A DNA stretch of 64,000 nucleotides, from the NCBI GenBank assembly GCA_005883615.1, contig VBEC01000014.1:48497-112496 (forward strand), given 5' to 3'. This DNA comes from Chloroflexota bacterium. Lineage in GTDB: Bacteria; Chloroflexota; Limnocylindria; Limnocylindrales; CSP1-4. The position numbers and the translations under genes are program-made. Shown here one piece after another: positions 1-9,874 of this stretch. Numbering within the stretch: the first letter of the stretch is position 1; every line of letters begins with the position of its first letter. The notes below the pieces were generated by a model that saw nothing but the letters and a program-made list of their open reading frames with translations, searched no databases and had not been told where the DNA came from.

Positions 1-491
1 TTGGTCATGCAGTACACCGATTCCGTCGGCAGCGCCACGAAGCCCGCCTGCGAGCTGAGGCTGATGATGCGACCGTAGCTCTGCCGGATCATCACCCGGC
101 CGGCTGCCTGGCTGGTGAAGAAGACGCCCTTCACGTTGACCGCGACTGTTAGGTCGAAGTTCTCCTCCGTCACATCCTCCGCGGCTGCCTCCGGGCCGAG
201 TCCGGCGTTGTTCACCAGGATGTCCAGTCGGCCGAATTCGGAGGTTACCGCGTCGATTGCGGCGGTGATCTGACCCAGGTTGGTGACGTCCATCTGCACG
301 GGCAGCGCGCGGCGTCCCATCGCCTCGATCTCGGCCGGAAGCGTTCGGGCGGTGGTCGCGTCGCGGAGCCCGAGGGCAACGTCGGCCCCCGCATGCGCCA
401 GGGCGAGGGCGATCGAGCTGCCCAGGCCTCGAGCCGCGCCGGTGACGAGGGCCACCTGGCCGGTCAGGTCGTAGCGGGGGTAGTCGTCCAC
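1..491 (-). CDS. SDR-family short-chain dehydrogenase/reductase, C-terminus runs off the window start
   Basis: Minus-strand frame read by eye. GTG start at 489-491 gives MDDYPRYDLTGQVALVTGAARGLG (Rossmann TGxxxGxG) and later NNAGL, typical SDR motifs. Its start overlaps the stop of the upstream LacI gene. Confidence 0.75.
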   Translation of the reverse strand, partial: MDDYPRYDLTGQVALVTGAARGLGSSIALALAHAGADVALGLRDATTARTLPAEIEAMGRRALPVQMDVTNLGQITAAIDAVTSEFGRLDILVNNAGLGPEAAAEDVTEENFDLTVAVNVKGVFFTSQAAGRVMIRQSYGRIISLSSQAGFVALPTESVYCMT

Positions 492-492
492 G

Positions 493-1545
493 CTAGGCCA
501 CCTCGAGAGCGGGTGCCGTCGACTGCCGGACGACGAGCTGCGGCCGGATGACGACGTCCTCGACTTCGAGGCCCGGCGTGCCATGCTCGATCATGTCGAG
601 GAGCATGTTCGCCGCGGTACGGCCCATGTGGACCCCCTCCTGGCTGATCGTGGTGAGGGGCGGCACCGTGAACCCGGCGATGTCGATGTTGTCGAAGCCC
701 ACGATCGATACCTGGCCGGGGACGGACACCCCCATCTGGAAGGCGGCCTGGATGAGCCCGAGAGCCAGGGTATCGGAGCCTGCGAAGATCGCCGTCGGCC
801 GGCTGGGGCGATCGAAGTGCGCAAACAGCTCACGCCCAAGGCGGTAGCTCGGGCCGGGATCGGGCTGTGTCACGAAATAGGTACGGGCCCGCTCGCCGAC
901 GCCGTGGTCCCGCATGAAGCGCTCGTACGTCCTCGCACGGAACGGTCCGTCGGCCATTCGCTCATCCGAAACGCACACGATGCTGCGGTGGCCCAGGCTC
1001 CACAGGTGCTCCATGGCCAGCTCGGTGCCGAGGGCGTTGTCGACATAAACACCGGGTACGCCCCGGCGCTCGATTCGGTCGCTCACGCCGACCACGTAGC
1101 GATGGCGTCGCGCCATGTCGTCCAGCGCAGCATCGCCACCCTGGATGTCGCCCATCAGCATGATTCCGTCGGCATGCGACTGCTCGAACATCGAGCCGTA
1201 AACCGCAGCGACATCGGGCCGGTAGTCGACATGGCCGAGGAACAGGCGAAAACCGCGCAGCCGCGCCACGTCGTTGATGCCGCGCAGCACCTGGAACAGA
1301 AAAGGGTCGGCGATGTCGCGCACGATCACGCCGAGCAGCGAGCTCTGGCTGCCGCGCAGCGCGCGGGCGAGGAGGTTGGGCTTGTAGCCCAGCTCCTCGG
1401 CGGCCGACATGATCCGCTCGCGGGTGGTGTCCCGCACGGGCACGCCAGTCTCGCGCCCGTTGAGGATGCGCGACACCGTGGTAATCGACACGCCGGCCTT
1501 CTCGGCAACGTGGCGTAGCGTCACGGCCGGCAACGCGTCCCTCAT
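493..1545 (-). CDS. LacI-family transcriptional regulator
   Basis: N-terminal HTH (VTLRHVAEKAGVSITTVSRILNG) followed by a periplasmic-binding-like sugar-binding fold; 350 aa. Confidence 0.9.
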   Translation of the reverse strand: MRDALPAVTLRHVAEKAGVSITTVSRILNGRETGVPVRDTTRERIMSAAEELGYKPNLLARALRGSQSSLLGVIVRDIADPFLFQVLRGINDVARLRGFRLFLGHVDYRPDVAAVYGSMFEQSHADGIMLMGDIQGGDAALDDMARRHRYVVGVSDRIERRGVPGVYVDNALGTELAMEHLWSLGHRSIVCVSDERMADGPFRARTYERFMRDHGVGERARTYFVTQPDPGPSYRLGRELFAHFDRPSRPTAIFAGSDTLALGLIQAAFQMGVSVPGQVSIVGFDNIDIAGFTVPPLTTISQEGVHMGRTAANMLLDMIEHGTPGLEVEDVVIRPQLVVRQSTAPALEVA

Positions 1546-1671
1546 CGGGCTCGATTCCCTCCTCTTGACAACCCGGACTATCGTTCACCCAGACTGCAAA
1601 CGTCAAGCCTCATCGTTGAGCCTCTCCGGGACGGGCTTCAACTGGAACCGCGCAGGCGGTGACAGGAGGAC

Positions 1672-2760
1672 ATGAGCGTCATCTCGGGCGACGTTGCCGA
1701 AGTGAGCAGCCCTCGCGTCACGGTCCGTCCGTCGACCGCTCCCGAGTTCCCAACGGTGTTCGGCCGCGAGCTCCTTGGCGAGCTGTCGAGCTTCGCCCAC
1801 CGGCCGTATCTGGTCGTGACCATGCCGGACCTGTGGCCGAGCCTTGAGCACTTCTTCGACTCGAACCTGGCCGGCGTGCACATGGTGTCATCGCTCGACC
1901 TCGAGACCCTCACCGCGCAGGTCGAAGGCTTGCCGACCTTCGCCAGCGTCATCGGGCTTGGCGGGGGGCAGGCCATGGACGTGGCCAAGTACATCTCATG
2001 GACCCGGCGGACACCACTTTTCCAGACACCAACTGCGATGACGACGAACGCCCCGTTCAGCCACCGAGCGCTGCTGCGAACCGGCGGCAAGGCCGTCGCC
2101 CTCGGCTGGGCCGTCCCGGAGGGGGTGTATGTCGACTTCGACGTAATCCGGACGGCGCCGGGGCTCCTCAATCGGAGTGGTGTCTGCGACGTGCTGTGCT
2201 ACCACACCGCTCACTACGACTGGAAGCTCGCACACGACATGGGCAAGGAGGAGCGCCGATGGCCCTATGACGAACATCTCGTCGCCGAGGCTCGCCTGCG
2301 CCTCGACTCTGTCCTGGCGAATCTCGACGAGATACGGGCGGTCAGCGACGAGGGCATTCGAACCCTCATGCTCGCCCATCGGTGGGGAGGCACCGCGTTT
2401 CACAACGCGGGCTGGAACGCGCGCCACATGGACGGCGTCGACCACTGCTACCTGTATTGCCTGGAGTACGTCACGGGCAAGCATTTCATCCACGGCCAGG
2501 CGGTGGGCCTGGGGATGTATGTCGGCGCCGAGCTGCAGCGCAACGAGCCCGACCTGGTGCTCGACGCTCTGCGCCGCACCGGGGTGGACATCCGGCCCGA
2601 AGCCATGGGCATCACCTGGGATGAGGCGGCAACAGCGATGCGCCAGCTCGCCTGGTACGTCCGCTTCGCCGACCTCTGGTACACCGTCGCCGATGCTCGA
2701 CCGGTGACCGATGAGCTGGTCGAGCGAATCCGCGAGAAGCTCTACGCCACGTTCGACTGA
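1672..2760 (+). CDS. Iron-containing alcohol dehydrogenase / glycerol-1-phosphate dehydrogenase-like (DHQS-like fold) protein
   Basis: GLGGGQAMDVAKY glycine-rich NAD(P) loop and conserved His/Asp metal ligands typical of the Fe-ADH/G1PDH/AraM superfamily; 362 aa. Confidence 0.65.
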   Translation: MSVISGDVAEVSSPRVTVRPSTAPEFPTVFGRELLGELSSFAHRPYLVVTMPDLWPSLEHFFDSNLAGVHMVSSLDLETLTAQVEGLPTFASVIGLGGGQAMDVAKYISWTRRTPLFQTPTAMTTNAPFSHRALLRTGGKAVALGWAVPEGVYVDFDVIRTAPGLLNRSGVCDVLCYHTAHYDWKLAHDMGKEERRWPYDEHLVAEARLRLDSVLANLDEIRAVSDEGIRTLMLAHRWGGTAFHNAGWNARHMDGVDHCYLYCLEYVTGKHFIHGQAVGLGMYVGAELQRNEPDLVLDALRRTGVDIRPEAMGITWDEAATAMRQLAWYVRFADLWYTVADARPVTDELVERIREKLYATFD

Positions 2761-2824
2761 CCGCGCGGCATGAGGCGGCCGGAGTGCCGGGCTCTCAGGC
2801 CGGCGCATAGAGGAGGAGGTCCAA

Positions 2825-4089
2825 TGGATTCTCGCAATCGGGGAATGTCGACGAGCCGTCTGGTGGCGGTAGCCATGACGGCCGTGCTGGTCCTTGGGGC
2901 GTGCCGTGCTGCTGCAACCCCCTCGCCGGCCGCCAGTCCCTCGACCGCCGGCTCGGCAAGCCAGTCCGCTGCCGCCAGCGCTGCGGCCGCGACAAAGCAC
3001 GTGTCGATCGTCAACAAGGACATGACGGACGATCAGATCAAGGCCGCGATCCAGGCGGAAGGCGGCGTCACGGTCGGCAACTGGACTTACGCAGCCACCG
3101 ACGAGATCGTCAAGCAGTTCCAGAAATACGTGAGCGACACGTACGGGGTCACGATCAAGCTGACCTACAAGGGGACGCAGTCCCCGAGCGAATACATCAC
3201 GGCATTGGCCGCCGCAAAGAAGGCCGGCAAGCCCGCGCCGTTCGACGTGATCGCGATCGAGGAGAACTACTGGTACGACGCGACGAGCCAGGACCTCGTT
3301 GACAACTACCTGCCGTCCGACCTGATCCCCAATCAGAAGCTGGTCCTGGACGCGTTCCAGCACGTTCCGACGTCGATTGCCTTCCAGTCCACCGCGTATC
3401 CCGGGGTCGTCTACAACAAGAAGACCGCTTCGTTCCTGAAGTCCCTCAAGGACCTCGCGGATCCACGTCTCAAAAACAGGATCACGCTGCCCCTGCCCGG
3501 CGACATCACGGCCGGGGGATTCCTGCTCGGCCTCGCGTCGGAGTTGGGCAAGGATTACAAGGACCCCAATCAGATGAAGGAGGTCGTGGACTGGGTCGCG
3601 ACGAACATCAAGCCCAATGTGGCCAAGTTCACGACGGACCAGGCGACGCTCCAGAAGCTGTTCGAATCAGGCGCGGTGGACGTGGTCACCTTCTGGAACA
3701 GCCTCGCCCGGCTGGAGTACCTCGGCGGCCACACCGATGCGACCTTGTTGGTCCCCTCGACCATCTATCCCGCAAACGGTTACCTGTGGATCCCGAAGGG
3801 TGCTCAACACCCGGTGCTCGCCCAGATCTTCATCAACTGGCGTCTCTCACCGGAGGTCCAGTTCCCGAACAGCTGGCCGATCGACCACGGCAAGTGGAGC
3901 GAGCTGAGCGAGGGATTCCTCGGCCCGGACTACGAGAGCCAGGTGCCGGACTGGTTCAAGAAGGACTACTTCACGTACTTCCCGACACTCGACCAGATCA
4001 AGAGCTCGTTCAAGCCCATTGACTGGAAGGCCTACACGGACAGCGCGAAGGTTTTCCAGGCCTACTACAAGCAGAAACTCGGCCTGTAA
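2825..4089 (+). CDS. ABC transporter substrate-binding lipoprotein (PotD/Fe3+-type family)
   Basis: GGAGGAGG RBS before the ATG. Signal peptide plus lipobox (LVLGAC), then an Ala/Ser-rich linker and a periplasmic-binding fold. First gene of a permease/ATPase operon. Confidence 0.8.
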
Positions 4090-4169
4090 ACGCGAAACCT
4101 TGCGGCCTCCTCTTCGGCGTACGCTGCGACTGAGGAGGAGGTCGTTCTCCTTCGTGAGGCAGCTGCGCG

Positions 4170-5072
4170 ATGGCGACTGATTCGGGCTCGCTGACGTCCT
4201 CCGTGCGGGCGCTGGCGCCCGAGTTGCGGCGACGACAACGCGCCGATCGGTTCAGAACCGCCATGTTCCTGGCGCCGGCGGCCCTGCTGGCGATCCTCTT
4301 CCTGTACTCGCCCCTCGCCTTCATCGTCCACATGAGCTTCACCATCGGGTCGTCGTTCCTGTCGCCCGCTGGACCCCAGTACACGGTCGACAACTACGGC
4401 CTGATGCTGGATCAGTACCTGCCGAACCTGTTGGTAACGATCCAGCTCGCGACGCTGGCGATGCTCGTCGACCTGGTCTTCGGGGTTCCATTCGCCTACC
4501 TCCTGGTCCGCAAGGTGCGCTATCGCGACGTCGTGCGGGCGGTCATGGTGTTCCCGATGTTCGGTGCGCTCTACGTCGCGTTCGGCCTGAGCTTCGCGCT
4601 GCTCCCGGGCGGCCTGCTCGATCCGGTGCTGCGTCTGCTCGGCATTCCGAACACGGCTCTCCTGTTCAGCCTGCCTGCTGTCGTCTTCGCAATGTCCATC
4701 TTCACGTTCCCGTTCATGGTCATGAACGTTGGCACCGCGCTCAGCAACGTCGATCCCACCCTCGAGGAGGCCGCCGCATGCCTTGGCGCGCGCCCGTGGC
4801 AGACTGCAACGCGCGTGATCCTGCCGCTGACTCGCGCCGGGATCGTGGCGGGAGCCCTGATGGTCTTCGGCTGGAGCATCGGCACCTTTGCCGAGCCGCT
4901 CCTGCTCGGCTCTCTCAACGAGCAGCGCTCGCTGGCCTGGACGGTCTACCAGAACGCGGTCGTCGAGAACGACTACGGCATCGCGTCGGCCATGGGCATC
5001 GTGCTGCTGGCGCTTGCCTTCGTGGTGACCTACTTCTCCCTCCGCTACTCCCGCGGCGCGCTCGTCGAATGA
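4170..5072 (+). CDS. ABC transporter permease (PotB-like)
   Basis: Six TM segments and an EAA loop (EEAAACLGARPWQT). Confidence 0.85.
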   Translation: MATDSGSLTSSVRALAPELRRRQRADRFRTAMFLAPAALLAILFLYSPLAFIVHMSFTIGSSFLSPAGPQYTVDNYGLMLDQYLPNLLVTIQLATLAMLVDLVFGVPFAYLLVRKVRYRDVVRAVMVFPMFGALYVAFGLSFALLPGGLLDPVLRLLGIPNTALLFSLPAVVFAMSIFTFPFMVMNVGTALSNVDPTLEEAAACLGARPWQTATRVILPLTRAGIVAGALMVFGWSIGTFAEPLLLGSLNEQRSLAWTVYQNAVVENDYGIASAMGIVLLALAFVVTYFSLRYSRGALVE

Positions 5073-5884
5073 CCGCCATGACGCTCCACCGACCGCGGCT
5101 CAAAGCCCGCCGACTGACGGACATCCTTAGTCACGGGTACATCTGGTTCTGTCTCGTCCTGTTCGTCCTGCCATTCGTGGCGCTCCTGACGCAGTCGCTC
5201 GGCGAGCGCGGCGGGACCTCCGGCATCGACAACTACGCCGACGTGTTCGGGAGCTTTGGAGACAACCTGCTGTGGAGCTTCAAGATCTCGGGGTTGGCGC
5301 TGCTGGTCGACCTCGCGGTGTGCTTGCCGGCGGCCTATGCACTTGTGCGCTACCCCGTGCCGGGCAAGCGAGTGATCTTCTCGCTGCTGCAACTCCCGCT
5401 GTACGTTCCGGGTGCTGTGATCGGCCTTTCCCTGTTGATGACGTACACCTTTGTCTATCCCATCGAGTTCATGTGGGGCCTGGTCCTGGCAATGTCGGTC
5501 GGGTCGTTTCCCCTCATGCTTACCCCGATCGTCGTGGCGCTCAAGGACCTGCCCCTCGTCTTCGAGGAGGCGGCCGAGTGCCTTGGGGCGACGAAGTGGC
5601 AGGCGTATCGGAAGATCGTCTTCCCGCTGATTGGGCCGGGAGTCTCGGCGGGGCTGCTCCTGTGCTTCATCATCGTGTTCAACGAGTACCTGGTCACGTT
5701 GTTCGTCGCGCCACCCGATCTGGAAACGGCACCACTGCGCGTGTTCAACCTGGTTCGGACGAACGGCCTCGCACCGTCCACCGCGGCTCTCGCGGTCACG
5801 ATGCAGCTGATCTCGTTCGTGGCGGTCCTGGCCTTCTTCCGGCTCTTCGGTACGCGGCACTTCAAGGGGACCTACATCCTCTGA
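5069..5884 (+). CDS. ABC transporter permease (PotC-like)
   Basis: ATGA overlap with the upstream permease. TM segments and EAA motif (EEAAECLGATKWQAYRKIVFPL). The longer track ORF 4778..5884 is a spurious N-extension. Confidence 0.85.
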   Translation: MTAMTLHRPRLKARRLTDILSHGYIWFCLVLFVLPFVALLTQSLGERGGTSGIDNYADVFGSFGDNLLWSFKISGLALLVDLAVCLPAAYALVRYPVPGKRVIFSLLQLPLYVPGAVIGLSLLMTYTFVYPIEFMWGLVLAMSVGSFPLMLTPIVVALKDLPLVFEEAAECLGATKWQAYRKIVFPLIGPGVSAGLLLCFIIVFNEYLVTLFVAPPDLETAPLRVFNLVRTNGLAPSTAALAVTMQLISFVAVLAFFRLFGTRHFKGTYIL

Positions 5885-6993
5885 TGGCAATCGTTCACCT
5901 CGTTTCGGTCAGCAAGCGCTACGGCGCGACGGTCGCCGTCGAGGATTTCAGCCTGGACATCGCGGACGGCGAGTTCGTCACGCTGCTGGGACCGTCCGGC
6001 TGCGGCAAGACGACGACATTGCGAATCGTCGCCGGGCTGGTCGAGCCGACCTCGGGCCGCATCCGCTTCGATGACCAGGACGTCACGGACCTGCCCCCGC
6101 GCAAGCGCAACATCGGTTTCGTCTTCCAGACGCCAGCCCTCTTTCCGCATCTTTCTGTGGCCGACAACATCGGCTTCGGGCTGTCGGTAAAGAAGGCCAG
6201 GAAGGACCAGATCGCGGCGCGCGTCGACGAGATGCTAACCATGGTCGGTCTCTCCGGTTACGGCGCCCGTCTCCCGGCCCAACTCTCGGGTGGCCAGCAA
6301 CAGCGCATCGCGCTGGCGCGAGTCCTCGCCACCGACCCTCGCGTGCTGCTCTTCGACGAGCCCCTCTCGGCGCTCGACAAGAACCTCCGCGATTCCCTGA
6401 AGTACTCGATCCTCGACCTGCAGCGCCGGACTCGCAAGACTGCGATCTATGTCACCCACGACCAATCCGAGGCCTTTGCCATCTCGGATCGGATCGTGGT
6501 CATGAATGCCGGCCATGCCGAACAGATCGGCACGCAGACCGACATCTACCTGCATCCCCAGACGCCATTCGTGGCCGAGTTCATCGGGGCCAACAATGGC
6601 CTGCCCGGGAAGGTCACCGGGACAGACGGGTCGGGGGACGATGAGCGCTCCGTGGTCTCGGCCGGCGGTCTCACGTTGCGAGCCCGCCCGCGCGCCGGCG
6701 TTGGGCCCGGCGACGAAGTGCTGGTATACCTCCGGCCCGAGAACCTCGTCGTGCTCCCCGATGGCGACGGCGCAGGCTATGACAACGTGGTGGATGGCAC
6801 GATCGAGCGGGTCATCTTCGAAGGCCCCACCGCCCAGCTGCGGGTGGACGTCGCCGGACGCGAGCTGCGGGTCGACGTGAGCGGCGGCCGCCGACTGGAG
6901 CTCATCCAGCGGCACGGCCGGGTGCGCCTCGGGTTCAACGATCTCACACTGATCCCCGTGACGGCCGCAGCCGCTCCGCCACCAACATCATGA
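5884..6993 (+). CDS. ABC transporter ATP-binding protein (PotA/FbpC-like with C-terminal TOBE domain)
   Basis: TGATG overlap start. Walker A GPSGCGKTT, signature [13 protein letters not shown], Walker B LLFDEPLSALD. Confidence 0.9.
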   Translation: MAIVHLVSVSKRYGATVAVEDFSLDIADGEFVTLLGPSGCGKTTTLRIVAGLVEPTSGRIRFDDQDVTDLPPRKRNIGFVFQTPALFPHLSVADNIGFGLSVKKARKDQIAARVDEMLTMVGLSGYGARLPAQLSGGQQQRIALARVLATDPRVLLFDEPLSALDKNLRDSLKYSILDLQRRTRKTAIYVTHDQSEAFAISDRIVVMNAGHAEQIGTQTDIYLHPQTPFVAEFIGANNGLPGKVTGTDGSGDDERSVVSAGGLTLRARPRAGVGPGDEVLVYLRPENLVVLPDGDGAGYDNVVDGTIERVIFEGPTAQLRVDVAGRELRVDVSGGRRLELIQRHGRVRLGFNDLTLIPVTAAAAPPPTS

Positions 6994-7508
6994 GCACCCG
7001 AAGGCCGGCCACGGGCCATCGGCATCCCGTGAATCGCAAGCTCTACGACGAAGCGCCACTCGGTTCTCGCGTCGCGGACCGGGTGACGAACTTCATGGGC
7101 AGCTGGACGTTCATCGTGATCCAGACCATCGTCGTGGCCATATGGGTCGCCGGGAACGCCTACCTCGTGCTCTTCCATTTCGACCCGTACCCGTTCATCT
7201 TCCTCAACCTGGCCTTCTCGACGCAGGCGGCCTACGCGGCGCCGCTGATCCTGCTGGCCAGCAATCGACAATCGGTCCGCGATCGCCTGACGCTCGAACA
7301 CGCAGCCGACCAGGCCGACGTTGAGGAAAAGCAGAACGAGCGCCTGCTGCAGGGCAATATCGAGATCCTCAAGCGTGTCGAGGGCCTGGAGCAGCAGATC
7401 CTCGAGCTGGAAAAACGGATCATGACAACGCTCGAGGACCACGTCGCGGCGGGTGCACAGCGCCCTGGCGCGAGCGGCGCGCCAGAGCCTGGGACCAAAC
7501 CGCCCTGA
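6990..7508 (+). CDS. DUF1003 family membrane protein
   Basis: ATGA overlap with the ATPase gene. Two TM helices and a C-terminal coiled coil; sequence pattern typical of DUF1003. Confidence 0.7.
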   Translation: MSTRRPATGHRHPVNRKLYDEAPLGSRVADRVTNFMGSWTFIVIQTIVVAIWVAGNAYLVLFHFDPYPFIFLNLAFSTQAAYAAPLILLASNRQSVRDRLTLEHAADQADVEEKQNERLLQGNIEILKRVEGLEQQILELEKRIMTTLEDHVAAGAQRPGASGAPEPGTKPP

Positions 7509-7540
7509 CGCAGGGCTCACGAGTCTGGTACAAACGCCCG

Positions 7541-8461
7541 GTGCGCAGCCACCTCGTCCGCACGACTGCCGCGCTGACCATCGCCGTCGGGCTGGGCGCG
7601 ACCCTGCCCGTTGTCCACGACCGTATCGATGCGCCACTGCCCGCCGCAGCGGTTCTCTCGGTCGAGACGGGACCATCTCCGTCGGCTGGCGCCTCCCCAG
7701 CACCCGCCCTCGACATCGCCAGGACAAGTGGTACGGTCGCCGATCGGGCCGGGGCCAACGACCCAAACCAAGGCCGGCTGGCAGACCCGGCCCTGCGCGG
7801 CCGAATCCCGCCGTCGCCCGCAGATCTCCTGGGCTATGTCTGGCCGCTCTCCCATGGCCGCCTCACCCAGCCGTTCGGCTTCAGCCCATGGGGGACCCTC
7901 GTCGTTGGCGGCCGGCCCTTTCACGATGGGCTCGATCTCGCGACCTTTTGCGGTGATCGGATCGTGGCCGCTCACGACGGTGTCGTCCTCGCCGCGGGCC
8001 GGCGCTCGGACGCCTTCGTCGGCTGGCTCGGCTCACTCGATGCGTATCGTGCGAAGCTCGACATGGAGCACCGCTGGGGCGTGCTGGCGATCATCGTCGT
8101 CATCGGCGACGGCAACGGATACCGCAGCCTGTACGTCCATCTCAGCCAGACGGTGGTTCGCCCTGGACAGAAGGTAAAGGCCGGCCAGCTGATCGGATAC
8201 GAGGGGGCGACCGGCTTTGCAACAGGTTGCCATCTGCACTACAGCCTGTTCAGTCCGTTCGAGACCGCCACGATGGAGCTCGATCCGAAGATCGCGAAGA
8301 CGACGCTCTTGCCGGCGGAGGAAATCGCCCGGATCGACCCTCTCCTCGTCCTGCCGCGTCCGTCGGCGCCGACGGCCGTCTCAGACGGAGGCGTCGACCA
8401 GTCGCCGGTAGCGCCGGCCGATCAGAGCATTCGCAGGGATCCGCGCGAGCGACCGACTTAG
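7541..8461 (+). CDS. M23 family metallopeptidase (LytM-like)
   Basis: HDGLDLA ... GATGFATGCHLHYSLF zinc-binding motifs of the M23/LytM domain. Its C-terminal tail overlaps the convergent HD gene by about 80 nt. Confidence 0.8.
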   Translation: MRSHLVRTTAALTIAVGLGATLPVVHDRIDAPLPAAAVLSVETGPSPSAGASPAPALDIARTSGTVADRAGANDPNQGRLADPALRGRIPPSPADLLGYVWPLSHGRLTQPFGFSPWGTLVVGGRPFHDGLDLATFCGDRIVAAHDGVVLAAGRRSDAFVGWLGSLDAYRAKLDMEHRWGVLAIIVVIGDGNGYRSLYVHLSQTVVRPGQKVKAGQLIGYEGATGFATGCHLHYSLFSPFETATMELDPKIAKTTLLPAEEIARIDPLLVLPRPSAPTAVSDGGVDQSPVAPADQSIRRDPRERPT

Positions 8462-9820
8462 GACGAGCGGCACGCCGCCGTTTCGCGCCTCGAGCGCCAG
8501 CAGGGAATCGGCCGCGGACGCGTCTGCCGGCCGGGCATCGACGATCGCAAGGTCGATCGCGATGCGGCCCGGCTCCGACTCTCCGAGCTCGGTGAGCCCG
8601 GCGACGGGCAGCTCGCCGTCGTACTCGAGCCGGACTTCCGCCTCCGCGCGCCAGCGGGGACGCCGGAGCAGGATCGCGCGCCAGCCATCAGCAACCTCCG
8701 GGGTCACCCGCCCGTCACCCGGCTGCGGGTCCCGCGAGATGAACTCACCGCGCGACCAGAGCGCCGCCTGGTGGAGCAGTGCGTACTCATCAAGGTCGGC
8801 GTAGTCCGACAGGCGGTCGGCCGGTGACCCGTCCCCGAAGATTGCCCGGATGGACGGCGCGAAGACCTCGGCCAGGTCGAGGTCGATGGCTCGCACCGTC
8901 CGGTGGAAATACACCTGCTGGTACATGAACCGACGTGCCGTGAGGAACATCTCCAGGGCACCCAGTCCGGGCTCGTAGAGAGTCAGGCCCTGATCGGAGA
9001 TGAATGTGTACCGCCGCAGCCGCTCCACGTCGACCGGCCCGACTGCCACTCCTGTGAAGTAGGCATCCCGCCGGACGTAGTCGAGGTTGTCGACGGTGAA
9101 TACGCCGGACAACAACGGCTGCAGCCATCTGACCCAGCGGGGCATGGCCGGATCGACCAGAGCCGGCTTGGAGACCAGGAACGAAACCCAGGATGGATCA
9201 ATCGTCTGTCCATCCGCGAAGACATCACGATCCCGCGCGGTTCCCGGCGCCCGGCGCAGCTTACGGATCAGAGGCCCAAGCTCGCGTTCGATGATCAGCT
9301 GGCTGAGGTCCTCATGGGAAAGCCGCTTGTCGACGCGCCGCCGGGTATCGGGAGGTGCCGGGAAGGCGGCCAGCACGTGGTTGTCGAAAAAATGGGCGAA
9401 CGGGCCGTGCCCGACATCATGCAGGAGCCCGGCGACGCGGAGAGTCTCGACGACCAGTCCCTCTGATGGCAGCGGCGCCTCGCCCGCCTCCGCCAGCGCG
9501 CTGCCCAAGCTCGGATAGAGGTGGCGTGCCCACAGGCCCGCCTCGTGCATGACGCCGAGACCGTGCGTGAAGCGTGAGTGCTCGGCGGTTGGGAATACCC
9601 AGCGCGCGCTCTGCAGCTGGCTGATCCGTCGCAACCGCTGGAGCCAGGCGGCGTCGAGGAGGTCCTCTTCGGCGGCCTCCTCGAGCGGCAGGCCGGCCAA
9701 CCGTGCTTCGTCTCTCGAGAGGCGTTTGGAGAGTTCGATGTAGCCGTGGATCGGGTCGCTGATGAGGTTCACGGCCGTGAAGGCGTGACGGCCCATCGAG
9801 ACCCTCGGGTCTGTTTCCAA
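8381..9820 (-). CDS. HD-domain dNTP triphosphohydrolase-like protein (Dgt/SAMHD1 family)
   Basis: HSRFTHGLGV ... LLHDVGHGPFAH motifs of the HD phosphohydrolase / dGTPase family; 479 aa. Confidence 0.8.
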   Translation of the reverse strand: METDPRVSMGRHAFTAVNLISDPIHGYIELSKRLSRDEARLAGLPLEEAAEEDLLDAAWLQRLRRISQLQSARWVFPTAEHSRFTHGLGVMHEAGLWARHLYPSLGSALAEAGEAPLPSEGLVVETLRVAGLLHDVGHGPFAHFFDNHVLAAFPAPPDTRRRVDKRLSHEDLSQLIIERELGPLIRKLRRAPGTARDRDVFADGQTIDPSWVSFLVSKPALVDPAMPRWVRWLQPLLSGVFTVDNLDYVRRDAYFTGVAVGPVDVERLRRYTFISDQGLTLYEPGLGALEMFLTARRFMYQQVYFHRTVRAIDLDLAEVFAPSIRAIFGDGSPADRLSDYADLDEYALLHQAALWSRGEFISRDPQPGDGRVTPEVADGWRAILLRRPRWRAEAEVRLEYDGELPVAGLTELGESEPGRIAIDLAIVDARPADASAADSLLALEARNGGVPLVLSRSLARIPANALIGRRYRRLVDASV

Positions 9821-9874
9821 CTGCTGCTTTCGATGCGACTCGGAGGCGTTGCCCGGATCAGGATCGTCGTCTGG

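Noticed and set aside
4778-6993. Track ORFs 4778..5884 and 5272..6993 with long N-terminal extensions
   Set aside because: The true starts are the ATGA/TGATG-coupled ATGs at 5069 and 5884. The extensions translate to low-complexity sequence in the frame of the upstream gene's antisense or alternative frame.
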